64,000 bases of DNA. It comes from Paludibacteraceae bacterium. GTDB taxonomy: Bacteria; Bacteroidota; Bacteroidia; Bacteroidales; Paludibacteraceae. This document shows positions 62,861 to 64,000 of the stretch, piece by piece (the stretch's first letter is position 1; each line of letters starts with the position of its first letter). The position numbers and the translations under genes were made by a program. Where the stretch lies: contig JAFYMG010000004.1 in the NCBI GenBank assembly GCA_017556705.1, positions 12,946-76,945 of the forward strand, given 5' to 3'. The notes under the pieces are model-generated. The model was not told where the DNA came from. It saw only the letters and a program-made list of their open reading frames with translations, and ran no database searches.

Positions 62861-63298
62861 ATGTTACCTACAATCAAAAGGCAAAACAACTGGTTGCCAA
62901 GTGTCTTCACTGATTTTTTCACCGATGATTGGTTTCCTATGCGTGCTGTAGCCACCACTGCACCTGCCATCAATGTTAAGGAGAATGACAAGCAGTTTAC
63001 CGTGGAAATCGCTGCTCCAGGCATGACGAAAGATGATTTCCGAGTACAAGTCAACGACCAAGACCAACTGGTGATTTCCGTGGAGAAAAAAAACGAAAAC
63101 AAAGATGAGGATAAGAACTCCAAATATCTGCGTCGAGAGTTCAACTACATGCGCTTTGAGCAAACTCTTCAGCTACCTGATCATGTCAACAAAGAGGCTA
63201 TCACAGCTAAGGTTTGCAGTGGCGTACTCAAAATTGAGTTGCCTAAATTGGAGCATGTGTTAGAGAAACAACATGCGCGAGTAATTGAGATTCAATAA
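62861..63298 (+). CDS. Hsp20/alpha-crystallin small heat-shock protein
   Basis: PAINVKENDKQFTVEIAAPGMTKDDF... and GVLKIELPK of the alpha-crystallin domain. Confidence 0.9.
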   Translation: MLPTIKRQNNWLPSVFTDFFTDDWFPMRAVATTAPAINVKENDKQFTVEIAAPGMTKDDFRVQVNDQDQLVISVEKKNENKDEDKNSKYLRREFNYMRFEQTLQLPDHVNKEAITAKVCSGVLKIELPKLEHVLEKQHARVIEIQ

Positions 63299-63353
63299 TT
63301 CAACACATAGTTATGCGCGGCATAGCTAACAAGAGTATTTTCATTTAACGGAT

Positions 63354-63383
63354 AAGGCGCTGTTATGAGCGCCTTGTCTTTTT
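63354..63383 (+). terminator. Rho-independent terminator after hsp20
   Basis: Stem aaggcgct/agcgcctt with loop gttatg, then gtctttttt. Confidence 0.75.
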
Positions 63384-63449
63384 TGTCAAGCATACTTTTC
63401 AGATTAGTATTTATTTTTGTATTTTCTTGTGTATTCCAAAAAAAAGTAT

Positions 63450-63457
63450 TACCTTTG
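63450..63457 (+). promoter_or_regulatory. -7 promoter box TACCTTTG (glgP)
   Basis: TAnnTTTG match about 83 nt upstream of ATG 63540. The GC-rich palindrome gcgtgc..gcacgc lies in the 5' UTR. Confidence 0.5.
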
Positions 63458-63539
63458 CGCCGCTTTTTGCGCGTGCATGCGGTGCGCACGCGGAGCTCTA
63501 TGAGAAAGTAAGTACAAAAAAGAATAAAAATTAAGATTT

Positions 63540-64000
63540 ATGGTTATCAAAGTAAGTAACACCAATCAACCAAAATGGACAGATTTGAACATCCATGCAA
63601 ATCTGCCTAAGAACCTCAGCAAACTCCAAGAGATCGCTAATAACCTCTGGTGGGTTTGGAACTCTGAGGCTAAAAATCTCTTCCGTAAAATTGACATCGA
63701 TGCTTGGCATCAAGCGCAATCAAACCCTGTCGTATTGCTCAATACTATTAGTTATGATCGCATGTTGGAGCTCAGCAAGGACAAAGCGTTTATGAAGGAG
63801 CTCGACGCTGTATATGCAGAGTTCCGCGCATATATGGACGAGCCAAAAGATCCTAAGAAACCAAGCGTAGCATACTACTCTATGGAGTATGGTCTTACTC
63901 AAGTACTTAAGATCTATTCTGGTGGTCTTGGCGTATTGGCTGGTGACTACCTCAAAGAGGCTTCAGACTGCAACGTGGACATGACCGCTATCGGTTTCCT
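63540..64000 (+). CDS. glgP: Alpha-glucan phosphorylase (GT35), 5' fragment running off the window
   Basis: MVIKVSN...NLWWVWNSEAKNLFRKID...YYSMEYGL...SGGLGVLAGDYLKEASD is typical of the N-terminus of alpha-glucan family phosphorylases. Confidence 0.85.
   Translation, partial: MVIKVSNTNQPKWTDLNIHANLPKNLSKLQEIANNLWWVWNSEAKNLFRKIDIDAWHQAQSNPVVLLNTISYDRMLELSKDKAFMKELDAVYAEFRAYMDEPKDPKKPSVAYYSMEYGLTQVLKIYSGGLGVLAGDYLKEASDCNVDMTAIGF

Noticed and set aside
1-64000. A search for mobile elements, prophage, defence or toxin-antitoxin modules, DGRs and secondary-metabolite clusters.
   Set aside because: No integrase, transposase, reverse transcriptase, Cas, restriction/modification pair, toxin-antitoxin-sized gene pair or biosynthetic core enzyme could be recognised in any frame. 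The only mobility-like signals are the short repeat families and the tRNA-Ser scars reported as findings.

Overview
This is a 64 kb chromosomal core segment from a Bacteroidota genome, probably Bacteroidales and Prevotella-like. That placement rests on protein signatures, pervasive TAnnTTTG -7 promoter boxes, no Shine-Dalgarno sites, and T9SS-type cargo. I call about 60 CDS, mostly housekeeping: rpsP, rnr, pyrE, psd, deoC, miaB, greA, rdgB, folE, metG, cdaA, folP, gcvH, panC, pdxB, proS, rpsT, exbB/exbD, tatD, queA, parC, dprA, upp, malQ, cobB, hsp20 and a glgP 5' fragment. There are also 3 tRNAs (Pro-GGG, Glu-TTC, Ser-GGA) and one TPP riboswitch in front of a TonB-dependent receptor. I found no integrase, transposase, reverse transcriptase, Cas gene, CRISPR array or recognisable defence operon. 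The most unusual locus is 34.9-42.2 kb. It holds a 1515-aa secreted protein made of seven copies of a module I cannot assign to any family. Upstream of it is an 11-bp tandem repeat and no canonical promoter. Next to it are a SAM methyltransferase and a membrane-spanning TPR-HTH regulator. A second theme is a set of short repeat families: GTTTAGAG, GTGTAGGG and GTTGACAG octamers, 5-bp-stem hairpins, and a GGTCCCCGAAAA palindrome. These lie in intergenic DNA, supply the last codons of queA and dprA, and sit in frame inside queA and a TonB receptor; rnr and malQ carry their own unrelated short in-frame repeat tracts. Other points worth a look are tRNA-Ser-derived degenerate repeats, a ~49-bp promoter cassette shared by miaB and tRNA-Ser, LytTR-type direct repeats, a structured greA leader and an ORF-poor 790-bp hairpin-rich region. 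All functional calls come from motif recognition by eye. No database search was run.
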